Assembly (NCBI RefSeq): GCF_009834535.1
Contig: NC_045696.1
Span: forward strand, 73,658,001 to 73,722,000
DNA length: 64,000 nucleotides
Reading direction: 5' to 3'
From: Camelus ferus
Lineage: Eukaryota
Every line of letters begins with the position of its first letter. Positions within the stretch are counted from its first letter, which is position 1. The notes beneath the pieces are model-generated. The model was not told the DNA's origin and ran no database searches. It worked only from the letters and a program-made list of their open reading frames with translations. Both the position numbers and the translations under genes were made by a program. Of the stretch, positions 40,701 to 53,400 are shown in pieces.

Positions 40701-41539
40701 CACAAAACCCACGTTCCAGTGTTCAAATCCTTTTACTTTCATAGGAGAGGCCTCTCCTTAAGAAAGGAGGTTTTGAGTTTAAATAGGGTTATAATTGGTA
40801 TCTGACTGTATAACCTCTTTTACGACATAGCTTGTATTAACTGGAAGGCTTCTGATTCATTACGTCTAAGGTAGAGCCTATAAATATTCAGTTCTAGTAA
40901 GCTTGTTACTGATTGCGGATGCTTGCTGGTCTGAGGACCACACTTTCTTGAGAAGCACTGCTTGAAGCAGTTTAGTAGGAAAGCAGCTGTAGGTGACATC
41001 ATAAAAGGGCAGTTTAGTAATAGGAAAAAAGGCTAAAGCAAAGTGGATCTTTGCAGCAAAGCTCAGAAGCCTCTGAGAATTTCATGGTTTTAAAAATAAC
41101 ACAGTAAAATAAATTGGTGTTCATTTATGACTTTTAGTCATCATGAATGGGTAACTTACACTATTTAAAAGTCACGTAAGTATGATAATTTTTTTAATCA
41201 TTTCTATCAATATAAGCTTTTTTAAAAGGTGCCATTTTTGTGGAAATCTGTCCTATGAATTACCTCATTTCCCACTGGTCAGATATATGAACCAAGTATT
41301 TGTCCAGTTCCAGTGTCAAGTTATTTTAAAAAGCCAAAACACCATTTCTGCTAATTCCACCTCTTAGATAAGCATAGGGATCTTTGAAACAAGAGAATAG
41401 CTTTTCACCAAGCAGAAATTGAGAATCCATATTATAACTATTCCTTCTTTCTTTCTTTCTTCCTATAGGTGGATCTCCTTATATAGCAGCCAAAATCAAT
41501 GAAGCTAAAGATTTACTAGAAGGTCAAGCTAAAAAATGA
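37458..41539 (+). CDS. DNAJC19: DNAJC19 (TIM14/PAM18), mitochondrial import motor J-protein, 116 aa, six coding exons
   Basis: join(37458-37460,38263-38314,38394-38467,39501-39580,40130-40200,41469-41539) = 351 nt, all introns GT-AG. Translates [116 protein letters not shown], with HPD motif. Confidence 0.98.
38263..38314 (+). CDS. DNAJC19: DNAJC19 coding exon 2 ([17 protein letters not shown])
   Basis: ttaccAG|GCC ... GCAG|GTttgt; 52 nt; transmembrane segment. Confidence 0.96.
38394..38467 (+). CDS. DNAJC19: DNAJC19 coding exon 3
   Basis: ttttAG|GC ... TCT|GTaaga; 74 nt; follows a 79-nt intron. Confidence 0.96.
39501..39580 (+). CDS. DNAJC19: DNAJC19 coding exon 4
   Basis: tttcAG|GCC ... 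GTAAG|GTaaaa; 80 nt; [26 protein letters not shown]. Confidence 0.96.
40130..40200 (+). CDS. DNAJC19: DNAJC19 coding exon 5 (HPD motif)
   Basis: attAG|C ... AAGG|GTaagt; 71 nt. Confidence 0.96.
41469..41539 (+). CDS. DNAJC19: DNAJC19 last coding exon
   Basis: Long pyrimidine tract, ctatAG|GT; TGA at 41537-41539. Confidence 0.96.
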
Positions 41540-41601
41540 AGTAAATGTATGATGAATTTTAAGTTCTTATTCATTTATGTATATGAATACCACCTTTTTA
41601 T

Positions 41602-41607
41602 AATAAA
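41602..41607 (+). terminator. DNAJC19: Probable proximal poly(A) signal of DNAJC19
   Basis: AATAAA 62 nt after the stop, preceded by TGTA elements. Confidence 0.7.
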
Positions 41608-42749
41608 ATGCCTCAAAGCCACAAATTTTAAAAATGATTTAGCTCAGGCTAAATCAAAGCCTTGGTATAAATTTCTTTTTTAAACTTTGAGGATTTTATA
41701 TCAGATTATAGGATACTTACAGGTTGATACACAATAATTATAAATACATACTATTTGAATAGAACTATTGTTCATTACTCATTGGCACATAACTCATTTG
41801 GTACGCACTTCAAGGCAAAGTGAACAAGACAGTCTCTGCTCTCAAGGGATCCCCAGTCTGCTGGGAGACTGATACTGATGAAGTACAGTGTGATGTTATG
41901 ATGGAATTAGCACAGGTGGTTCAGTAGGGACTCATCTCATTGGAAGGGAAGGCTGTTCAAGGTACAGAGGACTCCCCCAGCCATCTGAAACCTTGAAGTG
42001 AAAAGTGAATTTAGCCACAAGTTTAAGAAATTTTTAATCTAGTATGTATTTATCACTGACACAGTTCAGATAAATATTTAAAACTGTAATAATATGATAA
42101 AGATTTGAGAGTACAGGTCTTGTTTTCAATCAAGAAAGTGTTTACATTTTGTTTAGCTAGCTCCTTAAATAGGCTGACCATTTGTCAAGTATTGCTTTAA
42201 TTGGTTATTTTTCAACATAATCAAAAGTTTTGCATTTGTTATGAGCAAGCTTAAACAGTTAGTGAAACTGAAAACTGAAATGCTGTTGTTATCAAAGTAT
42301 AACTGGGACTTCTTGAGAATGTATACACTGGTATATTTAAATGACATTTCAGTGTAAATGGCTATTGCTCTAATGTAAAATGTATAAGGATTGTAACCAG
42401 AGGACCTTTATAAAACATCTGAGGTTAAGATAGCTAGCCTGTGGCACTAAAAGGAATACTCATTATGTTCAGTTCTAAGGTGATAAATTATACTACCATC
42501 TAAACTTTCTTAAATTATCCTGAAGTTGTTAATTGTAAATGGAGAACACAAAGACTTTCAAAGTCAAAACGATGGAGATGGTCATATTTAGTGATGGAAT
42601 GTGTTTAGGGACATTTTAAAGTTGGGGTGTATCTGCCCTTCTGGCTTATATTCCATCCCATTTCCTTGTTTAAAATCTGATCAAGTCTTTATGATTTAGA
42701 GTATGATGAAGCATCTGTCTATTTCTAGGGTCAAGGGGGTATTAAGGTA

Positions 42750-43292
42750 CAGCTGAGTCTTGTTATTCAAAGTACTTATGTTCATTGAGAACACTAAATT
42801 ACTGAATACTGAACCAGTTTTCCTAGGGGAAGTATGGGTTTCCTCTGAGCCTCTGGTCACAACGTTTTTGTCAGCCAGTCAGTATTTAATCTTGTTTTAT
42901 GTGTTTCTGTTTATGATTCATTTACACTGAACTCACAGCCAACAACACTGTACCTTCATGCTGGCACATCACAGCCTTCTCGCATTTAGGAACACTAGAC
43001 AGCAGCACTTCATTAAGCATGAAAGCCAACTTAAAAGGGGGGAAAATAAAAAATAAAAAAGAACATAAATGTGAAAAACTTGGCACTTAAATAGACCACA
43101 AAAAGGATACTTCATTTACAGTAGGAAAAGTGAAACAAGGCAGAGCATCAGTTTATGGCTGTCAGGTGAGCCGTATTTTTCACCATTTTGCATGTCCATG
43201 GCCAACCAGGAAAACACCTCGATTGTTGATTTGGGGGGTATAATTTTAGTGATGGGTGAATTTGTAAGGAAGCTGCTAATGAGGATCAACCG
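42750..43292. mobile_element. Tc1/mariner Tigger3 (Golem/MER7)-like non-autonomous DNA transposon
   Basis: TA at 42748-49 and 43293-94. Degenerate TIRs CAGCTGAGTCTTGTTA / TAATGAGGATCAACCG. Internal GAGCCTCTGGTCACAAC. Confidence 0.75.
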
Positions 43293-43449
43293 TATCTTTT
43301 ACTTCAGTTCTTTGGACTAATCAAAAAAATGTTTCTATGAACAAGAGCTTTAATTAAGAGAAAGAGATTACCAACTAAATAGTAGATTTTTCAGACCAAG
43401 TAGAACATGTGATAATATATCCACAGGCAATCAAGTATTAATTTTTAAA

Positions 43450-43545
43450 GAGTTTTTTTTTAATGTAGGTATTGGGCATTGAACCCAGGGACTCGTGCAT
43501 GCTAAGGATGTGCTGCTCTACCACTAAGCTTATACCCACCCCCAC
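43450..43545 (-). mobile_element. tRNA-derived SINE (camelid vic-1 type), diverged
   Basis: Reverse complement GGGGGTGGGTATAAGCTTAGTGGTAGAG...CCTGGGTTCAATGCCCAATACCTACATTAAAA. Degenerate TSD AG(T/C)ATTAA(T/C)TTT. Confidence 0.85.
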
Positions 43546-43909
43546 AGCATTAACTTTAAAAAGGAAGATTTCATGTAGCAGTTCTAAATACTTTTGAGTG
43601 TTTAATGCAAAAATAGCATACCTGTTTTAAGACAAATATTAAGACAGTGGGAACCACTTTAGAATAACACTGAGGAGCACAGCAGAGCATATTTTTCTTT
43701 CACGGTAATCAGTTTTATTTCCTCTAGGTTTGCCTTTTCCAAGCAGAATAATCCGTATTTCATCAAAGGCTAGTAGGCAAACCTACGTGACTTTTTTTCC
43801 CTAAGAAAAATGGTATTTGAGGGCTCTAATCATGGTAATTGATAGAAGTATGATCTATAAAAGAACCTTCATCTTTCAATGGTATTTTATTGCAATATAT
43901 TTGTGGTAT

Positions 43910-44420
43910 TAACATTTATTGACTACTTACAATGTGCTAGCATTGTGGTAAGCATTTCCTCTGTATGTAAATATTATTTACTAAGTACATTCTACAGGTA
44001 ATGAAACTACTTCAGTGAAGAAACTTGCCCAAAGAAATATGGTGGGTGAGGAGGCTGATCTTTCTCAAACCCAAAGTTCTGTGCTGTTAACCTCTACACC
44101 TTTCTTAAATCTGACAACCCCAGTATGTTTTCCTAGGTGGCACTGAGATGTGAGTCCAGTACTTGTCATAAAATTTCTACCTTGGGGCCTTTTATCGATC
44201 AGTTGGTGCTTACAGATACAGACTTTTCAAAAGGGGGAGGAAGATATGGTTGAATACACCACTAGGGAATAGGAGGGTACAGGTTTCAAGTCAAACTTCT
44301 GTAATAACACCCAGGCAACTCTGAGCAAGGCATCTACACGCTTAGGGCTACACTTACGGTTCTGTTTCCTCATTTGTTAAGGGCAGGGGAAATAACGGCC
44401 AACCTGAATTGTGAGGATTC
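43910..44420. mobile_element. MIR SINE remnants (two, opposite orientation)
   Basis: AACATTTATTGA..ACTTAC.ATGTGC.AG...AACTTGCCCAA and CTGTTTCCTCATTTGT.AA...GTGAGGATT. Confidence 0.6.
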
Positions 44421-47400
44421 TTCCACACTTTATGAATAGGAAAACAAAATGCTTTCTGAAGTTACACAGCTAGTGAAACTATAAGCCCTGAATATCTTCT
44501 CTAGTTTACTATGTTCACTTATAACTTGGTTATCTATATGTATCTATTAATCCTCAACAAATACGTGTAGAGGGAATGCCTATCCACGGCCTTAGTATTA
44601 GAACCGGCATACCAGAGGTTTAGTTTTCCTACTTAGCCTCTTCCCTCTTGCCTTCACTGAGCCTCTGGTTGACATTAGCTGAGCCCTTTGCTACTTTATA
44701 AACTTGCTTTGCTGGTGATGAAAGTGAGTGATAATGAGTGGTCTTGAAGTTAGATCTTTTGCCATCCTTAGTTTTAAGCAAATTCTTTTCCAGATGATAG
44801 AAATACTTATGGAAGCATTTAAACAAGTCATGCATGTCAGTATTCCAGGAGACCCAAACCACTCAAGAAATAATTGAGAACTTACATGAAAACAGATGGA
44901 CCACAAGCCCTTATATAGGCTGATTCTAGAAGCTTGGTTGTAGTTTTCTCTATCATTAATTTGCTGTGCTCTAAGTTACAACAGAAGCAGGGATACAAGG
45001 CAGCTAGAGGTAAAACCACTGAGTACTGGATAACTGGGTAACTAGCATCTTAACACAAGAGTAAAACCTATATTGGACTATGCCATACTAAAAAGTTACA
45101 GTGTTCAGCAAACTGAAAATTCATGCCCTACCTTAAAAAAAACCTTGCATCAGAAGTTATATTTTAAGTAATTCAGGCACAACACTTCGTTTACATTAAA
45201 CAAGTTTTAAGTTTAAACACTTTAAGCTGAAATACTGAGTTCTACTACCTCAGAGAGAACTTATAAGACATCTTTGTGTTGATCACAGCCTGTAAGTTAT
45301 TTTGCACTTCAGAAGTATACAGTGGCGGTCACATTTTACTGAGCATAAATGATCCCCCAAACATGTTAATTTCAATAAAAATTTAGAAACCGTCTCAAAA
45401 ACTTGAACTGAATGTATTATAAAAAATTATAAATCTAAGGTAAAGTTTAAAAAAAAACACTTACTTAGAATGCTGTAGTAGGTTTTTGGTTACATAAAGA
45501 ATCCTGGACTGAGAGTAACCTTGAGTACCAGGAAAGTTAAAACCCAAGCTTTACTTTTTGTTGGCACTGTTGTTTAGTGCTGTGTATCTGCTTGGAGCCA
45601 AATGTTGCCTTAGCAACAGGATTTAAGAAGAGCGTCTATCCACTGTTAATTAACCTGTTATTCCTGACCCAATGACAAAGTCATAGTCCAGTGTTAAGGT
45701 ATAATTTGGAATATGTTAATACTTGTTGTGACCTTAGTTCTGTTTCAATTAATGTTCAATTAATTTCAAGTGTAATTATTTACATGACACTTTTCTTTAC
45801 AACCTGAAAATGGCACACTGAAAAATGAAGCTCCAAGAGGTTGAGGTATGAGCTCCAAGCAACAAGTATAAATTAGTTCATCGAGAGAAACTGGGGAAAT
45901 GTTTGTAGTGAAAATAGTCTCTAAACTAGAAAATGAGTAGCTATGTTTGGCAATCCATCAAGTAAAAAGGGTACAAAACATTCAGAAAATATCCCTGTAA
46001 TTTCACCCTCCACCCGCCCCCCACAAAATACCAGTCACTGAAACACAAATTTGAGAAACTGCTAACTAGTTTAATAGTGGGGCTTTCAGACTGAGTATGT
46101 TAGTGAAAAATTTTGCTCTTGCTTTTGGTATCTTCAGATTGCATACAGTGTAGTTGGAAATGTCTGGGATGGATACATAAAACACACACCATTTCATTTC
46201 AGTGTACTCTTGTTGAGAGCACTCTGGACTATGGTTAAGTGTCTCCTAGGATCCAACATATGATTACACTCAAATTATATTAATACTGGAATGGACCTTA
46301 AGGGATCACCTAGTCCAACCCTCTCTAGCTGGATTAAATGGAATGTAGAAAAAGTTAGAACGATAGTAACCCCCAATTCTGTACTTATACCTAAAACATC
46401 TTTTCATATTAACAAAGGAAGAAACAGGAAAGCAAATGCACTGATGAAATCCTGCTATAAAGCTGCTTTAGTTTATCTAGGGTCACTTTTATGCACCTTA
46501 TTTCAGTATTTGAAATAGTAATAGAAAAGATACAGATGAATCTGAATCTAAAGTGATCCACTGATAAACCATTTTAAAAAACAAAATATATTTCCTTACA
46601 GACTGTGTACCTCCTTCATCCAGTAATTAGGGGTGAATCTGGATTATCAGATCCTTACCTGGATTTCTAAAGTAAGTAATTATACTTAAAAATGTATTAT
46701 TAGATTGAACCATAAGTAACTGTCACTTTTGTGGGTCAAAACTGGTCAGCTCCTGGCAATTTCCTATGGTTCAACATAACTGACATTTTCAACTGGCAGT
46801 TGAGTGCAGTTTCAAATTACCACCACTTGCCCTAAGTTTAACTATAGCAGGCTACAATTATTACTTTATTGCAACAGTTCCCTGAAATGAAAATCAAATG
46901 CTATCATAGGTTAATCACGGGTTATAAATCACTATCATCCATTCAAGCACATATCCTAATAACTAAAATTTTAAAGTAAGGAATCAGCAAATTCAGTATA
47001 TGATATTTGAATAGAAGGGTTTAGGGGATCCGAACTGTTTAAAAGCAAAAGATAGGAAGACTGAATGAGACTTTACAATGAACATCCTATTTGTCCTTCA
47101 GAATTTTGCTAAACCTGTAGATCAGTTCAAATCCAAGTTCCTTGAAGCCTTCTGGAAAATCCCAGTATAAAAGTAATTTTCCTTTACTCATTTCCAACAA
47201 ATCTTGACATAGGACTTAGCAGCATTATAAGCAGTTTTCCATTCATCTGTCTTTAGTAGACTAAGCTCATCGTAGGCAAAGTCTGAGAAAACTAACTAGT
47301 CCATTTCTACCTCAAAAAATGTCAGTTTGCAGGACACAAATACTATTTCCCAATCTAACTGCAATATTCAGTTAACATCAATTTGAAGAGACCCTTCTCA

Positions 47401-49414
47401 AGTTAAAACACTAGACTCATAGCAAACAACAGCTACAAAAAGATGACGTATCCCAGCCACAAAAGAATGGCTGACGTGAATGGAAATTCAGAACAAAAAG
47501 TAAAACACCGAGTGTTTCCTTGTTCTTTGGGTTGTTTTGCTAACCTATATACCTGTACTTTTTTAAGAAATTATTTACTTAACCAACCTCCCTCAGCCTT
47601 GTCCTAAGCAATGTCTCAGGTAAGTTTTCATTACAACTCACTGGTTCAATATACTTTTTCTTAACTCCACATTAAAATAGTTAACTACTTAAAATTTTTG
47701 TGTATCCCTAGTCTAATTTTACCAGTGGTGACTGACCTGTCAACAGATACCCAGACCATTTTGCAAAACAGTTTTAGGCACATGGAAGGCTTAAAAGGTG
47801 ATGCCAAAACCCAAGAATCCTAGGCTTCCCAGGGTTTCAGGGAAAGATCGTTTTTATCCCCATTTAATATCAACTCTTACTTCCTTATTTAGTTCAGATA
47901 TATGACTTCACATATATATACTGAAACTACTTAAGCCATATAAGACCTTTAGGGGTTTTTCTGCTGGCAAGTTCTACCATAGCATCATCTCATGTAACTA
48001 GTAGCCAAAAAAGATGCACCCCTCTCAAAGTAAGTTTGGAAGGCTACCTATTAACAATGAATGGATACCTCTGGGGAGTGGCTTTTCACTTCTGAATCTG
48101 AGCATGTGCTATTTAAAAAAAAAAAGCGCCTCTTGGTTCTACAGTACTTAAATATACATGTTTTTAAGGACATTGGGTTTATTAGTCTTTTGTAAATAAT
48201 GAAATTTTAATACTTATTGCCTATTTAATAGTTCTAAAGAACTCTGTGGGCTAACCTATTTTTTTTTTAATGGTTTTGTGCTTCTTCCTTTCCCATTCAG
48301 TTTTTACAGAAGGATTTTAGTCAATCTGTCCCACATGCAAGAAAATGAAAAATCACTTTCTTTATGCTGTATTTATCAATTTGGGGATCAGTGAAAATTC
48401 TTCTCATAGCTTATAGTTAATTTATAACCCTACAATTGAAGAGAACTAAGAATAAAAAGGCTAACAATTTTATTTGTCTCTAACTTTGACGGATAGGAAG
48501 ACATTTGTGGGCAAATTTTTAATCAGGATATGAAATTACTTGATAGTGTACAAGGACTGCACACCTTACCTAAAAATTCTGTTATTGGGGGTTTTAGGAA
48601 AAAGCATTTAATATCATCACATCTTAACCTCAACAATAATAAATTTGAGGGCTAGGGCTATACATACACTGACCTGGCAAATATTTTTAACTATATACTT
48701 CAGTCATAAATTAGAATCACTTAGCTTTTTTATGCACATAACAAATTAACACAAATTATGCACATAAAAAACACTTCAGATACCAAATGGACAAAACCAA
48801 GGGCAGTCTGTCTTCCTGCTCAGTATTCTTTATCTAAACACTGTGGAACAAAACCTTCCCATAAATCCAATTATTTGGTATCACCCTGCAACACACTCTC
48901 ATGCGAAAGTCTTTATCTTCAAAAATTAAGCCACCTGACTAAAATATTTACATAAAATACAATCATCAGTATGAGACCCTTGACAATTATTGTTGAGAAT
49001 CAAAAACTAGTGATATTCCTTATTTTAAAATTGTTCATTATACTTCTTTATAAAAATAATTTTAATAGAGAATCAAAGGCAAAAAGTAAAATGCTAGATT
49101 TTACCACATCGCCTTCCAAAAGTTGCCTATGATGAGAATTTTGTTACAGACTTAGTCCTAATATTGAATCTATGATCAATACCCTAAACCATTCTGTTCT
49201 AACAGATTAAGTTTTTAAGTACTAAGATTTCAGAGGATTCATTACAAAATGATTAACTGACCAACTAATATTTTAATACTACTTATAAGCAAGTATAAGT
49301 GCTTCTTCAAAAGCAATCATAATATTATTCTAGGCCTTTTAAGTAGCTCCAACTACTTTTCAACAGTTGGTATAAAAACTAGAAAGTTAAAAATCAGCAA
49401 ATGGTAGATCAAAG

Positions 49415-49420
49415 TTTATT
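49415..49420 (-). terminator. FXR1: Candidate FXR1 poly(A) signal
   Basis: AATAAA on - about 900 nt past the stop, just downstream of a long U-rich tract (49467-49524). Other candidates lie further out. Confidence 0.5.
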
Positions 49421-50324
49421 TACTACCTGCATACAAAAACATATTGCACATCAAACAACCAAAATCAAAAAAAAAAAAAAAAAAAAAAGAAAGAAAAGAG
49501 GAAAAAAAAGAAAAGAAAAAAAAAGGGGGGGAGGAGGGTTGGGGAAGAAAAGGAAAAGATACTCTATTGAAGACTAACATGTAGTTTATACAGAATAAAC
49601 CTTCTGGAAATTGATCTTTTCAGTAGTTCAGGTTATGTCTGAATGGACATGACTAATTCAGCTTAGTGTTTAACTAAAGCTATGTTTGATTTTTTTTAAA
49701 TACTGTACACTTTAATAAATAAACCAAACAAAGCCTCATTGAACAGTCACTGCCAATATCACCCAGTGTCCCTGCAGATGAGAGTTTAACAAATGTATTC
49801 CAGTGGTCTGCAGATTTTCTACATACAGCATTTTAAAAACACATTAAAACAGACCAGTTTCCAGACTAAACTAATGAAGAAATTACAATTCAGTGCAAAA
49901 TATCTTAGACTGCATTTCATTCTAGTTTTCCTCAGGTGAAGAAGTGGTTGCATATTATTAAAAATGTAACAAAAGCAGCTAATGCTTTCATAAAGAATAT
50001 TACGTTAGGGATCCCACCCCACCCACCTCCCCCGTTTCTGCCATATTTTGAAAACAAAATAACATTTCCTATAGCCAGCAACTTTTTTAATGTTACATAT
50101 ACTATTCTCAAGGCACATCTGATGATATATTTTATAACACAGTAGGTGTCAAAGTATGTTTAACATATGATTTCTTCAGGATCCCTCCCCTTCCTGAATT
50201 CCAAATGGAGGAACTGAAAGTGCGATGTAAAGACTGGCGATCCATATTCTATCTTTGGCAAGCTTGTACAAGCACTATTGTAAAATGTAATGTAAAAGAA
50301 CTGTAAACTAGGAACTTCTTCAGT

Positions 50325-50495
50325 TTATGAAACACCATTCAGGACTGCTGCTTCTTGAGTATTTTCTTCTTTTAAGGTATTAATCTTTTCTTCTCCTGGA
50401 GTACGCTGTAGCTTAGAAATTTCATCGCCAGAAGCACTAGTTGGGCCATTTATTGCCTTTTCTGAAGGACCATGCTCTTCAATCACATCTTTTGC
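50325..50495 (-). CDS. FXR1: FXR1 terminal coding exon
   Basis: ttggc[64 protein letters not shown] at 50327-50325. Confidence 0.96.
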   Translation of the reverse strand, partial: AKDVIEEHGPSEKAINGPTSASGDEISKLQRTPGEEKINTLKEENTQEAAVLNGVS

Positions 50496-53400
50496 CTGCC
50501 AAAGGGAGACAACTTTTTCAACTTCTTTATAAATGAAATCTACAGCTGAGGAGGAAAACAGCTACATAAACATTAATTAGCTAATAAATAATTTGTTTTA
50601 TATACCACAATGGATCAAAGAATTAAAAGGTTCTTAAAATTTAGAACAAATAACAACGTACTCCACCTCTCTGGGTCTTTCAACTCTTTATATCTAATAC
50701 CTAGCGGTCCATAAACCACAAGAACCTGTACCTATTTACCAGAAACTTGCATCTAATTTCAGTTTAACCACAGGAGAGCTCACCACGTAAAAGATATAAA
50801 CAGTAAATACCTTAAATAAGGCAAATAACCACCTACTTACTCACCTTTTTTTTTTGAAACTCATATTTACATATCAAATCCTTTAAAGTATTTAAAAGAA
50901 GTGAAACTTAAAGGTCTAATCCATCACTGAGAAGAGGTACATACAGCCTATTGCTCCCCCAAATAAAGCCAACAGTCTCCATGCCCAGTATCTTTGGGCA
51001 GACTGAGTTTTACAAATACTATTTAGAGTTCTGACTGAAAAGTATTTCAGGTTCAAGCATGCATATCTTCAGTTACCTGGGACCAAGAACAACAAGAGTA
51101 CTCTTTAACTAGAATATTACTCGTCTAGTTGGGGAAACAAGTGATCACACAGTAAGTTAAGAAGTAAAAATAAAACTAAACCATACCAAAACAAACAAAC
51201 AAAAAACAAACCAAAACAAAAAACAAAAACAAAAATCCAAAACAAAAAACAAAAAAAAAAGACCTACAGGTTAAATTCTCCTTACCATTTCTTTCTTGTT
51301 TTTAGCCAAAGTTTCCCTTGGGAGGTTTCTTTGTCTGCTCTGAGACTCAGCTCTAGAAATATAATCTGCAACTGTGACTGTTGAAGATGAGAGAAAAATT
51401 ACAGGTGTTGAAAAAATATTTCTAAAGTTTATTTATGGATAAAGAGTAATTTTACTTTTAAAATAAACTAGTGGTGGGTTACCCAATTTCAAAATTTTCT
51501 TAAGCTGGGTACCACCTCCAACCAAAAACAAAGCTTGAAAAATGTGCCTGTGATTTAGTGCTGACAATAGAAAAATTTCAAGCTGGAGACTGAGGAAGTC
51601 TACATTAAAGTCCTCTTTCACAAGAATCCAGCCATTTGCTTCTGGTGAGTCTACAGTTGTGGGCTAAATTTGTTATAAAAATCCACAACCAAGAATAGGA
51701 GATGCAGCATTCTAAGCCCCAGACAGTGTTTACACTTTTGGGGGGAGAGGGGAAGAATGGGGCAAAATTGGTGCAAATCATGGTGTAGCAGGCTTCAAGT
51801 TGAAATTTTCATCAAAGATGTAAGATTTACTCAGATATTAGTTGTTCAATTTTTTTTAAGTTTTTTATGTTTTTAAAGTACAAATAAGATACCCAAGTGT
51901 GGTATTTTATGGTTCCTTTTTAACATTTCACACTAGGAACCACTCTGAGTAATCTTAAAAAAAAAAAAAAGAAAGAAAGAAACTGCAAGCAAACTAAAGA
52001 TGACAGAATACCAATCTAAAAATGTGGACATTGATTATGGTGGGAAAAGCGCCACCATGAATTCAGTAACAACCCCCTTTCCTCATTTTGCCAATCTTTC
52101 AATCTTTTAAGAAGCTGACTGAAAACTTTTATGTGTGTGCAGTGACAGTAGGGATACAGGGAGAAGACTAACCCAAACTCACACCCTACTGCCAACCCAA
52201 CTGCAGAGAATGACCTCTGGTCTGCAGGTACTTGTAAGTGGGCTGGACCCACTCTTGTAAGCTCAATCCTTTCTCTTCAAGGACTTACAAGTTAGAATTC
52301 ACTGATTTTCAGAAATACCAAAATAATCACCCTCTTCCTTTCAAAGAATTATTTTTCTCTCAGAAACTGTTGGGGGAAAAATCCTGACTATGTGAAATAC
52401 AGTGTATTTTAAATTATGGGAGCAAGTAATTTATGTAACAAGTAAAACTCAAGTAAATTTAAAACTTAAAGTCACTATGTATGGGGAGAATTAGTCTATC
52501 AGGTTCAAATTTTATGAAAATAAATCACTTTGATACAATAAAAAGCTGGATAGTATTACAATTCATTTTTCTTAAGAATTAACATGCTAGCACCTTTATT
52601 AAGAGCAAAGAACTTTCTAGAACTATTAAATGTTTTAAATCTCAAGAAAACAACTTGAGAAATACACTTCTTTAGAAACACTGCTAAAGATGTTTCCTGT
52701 CTAAAATTCTCTTTTCTTCCAAATTCTAAGAAACTCAGTGTGTTTATTTTGGAGTTTTTTTCAATCATTTAAATTCACTGTTAGTGAATTTACAAATACA
52801 TTTAATAAGTTTCCAAAATTGGGGAGGGAGATACTATCAAATACACTTCATCATTATGTCCATGTACATGGGAGCAAAAGCATCCTAGGAATTATTCTAG
52901 TTTGGAGAACATGTTAATGAATTCATTGTTTTCATGGTGCCAGCCCTCAGTGATACCTGGGAGAACTCAGCTACTTGGAAACCCTGCTGCATAGACACAC
53001 GTACTGCTAAGTTTCAACAGTGACAATTCTTAGACCCCTTCATCCGCTAGGTACAGACATGGAGAAATATACTTTGATGTAGTTTAGCAATTAAGAGGCA
53101 CTTAGCTGGAAAGGTAAAAACTTACCAGTGCCCCTCCCCAACCAAAGGGAAATAAAAACAAAAATAACCTCAGTTGATTCAAAGAAACACCTGTTTATAG
53201 CCAGTCTTTATAATATAAGCTACTTAAAAGTTCAAAGCAAATTAATAAATATTTACAATATCTAGGAAAAAAATTTAAGGCAATTTGTGCAGCATGATTT
53301 GGACTCTAGAATTTCCTCTAAGGTTCAAAGTTAATGAACTGGACACCAGTATACTGCACATTCTAAGTATAATAAAGAATGTTCACAGCTTAATTTATAC

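Noticed and set aside
52770..52792. Perfect 10-bp hairpin TAAATTCACT-GTT-AGTGAATTTA
   Set aside because: AT-rich and isolated; plausible by chance in 64 kb.
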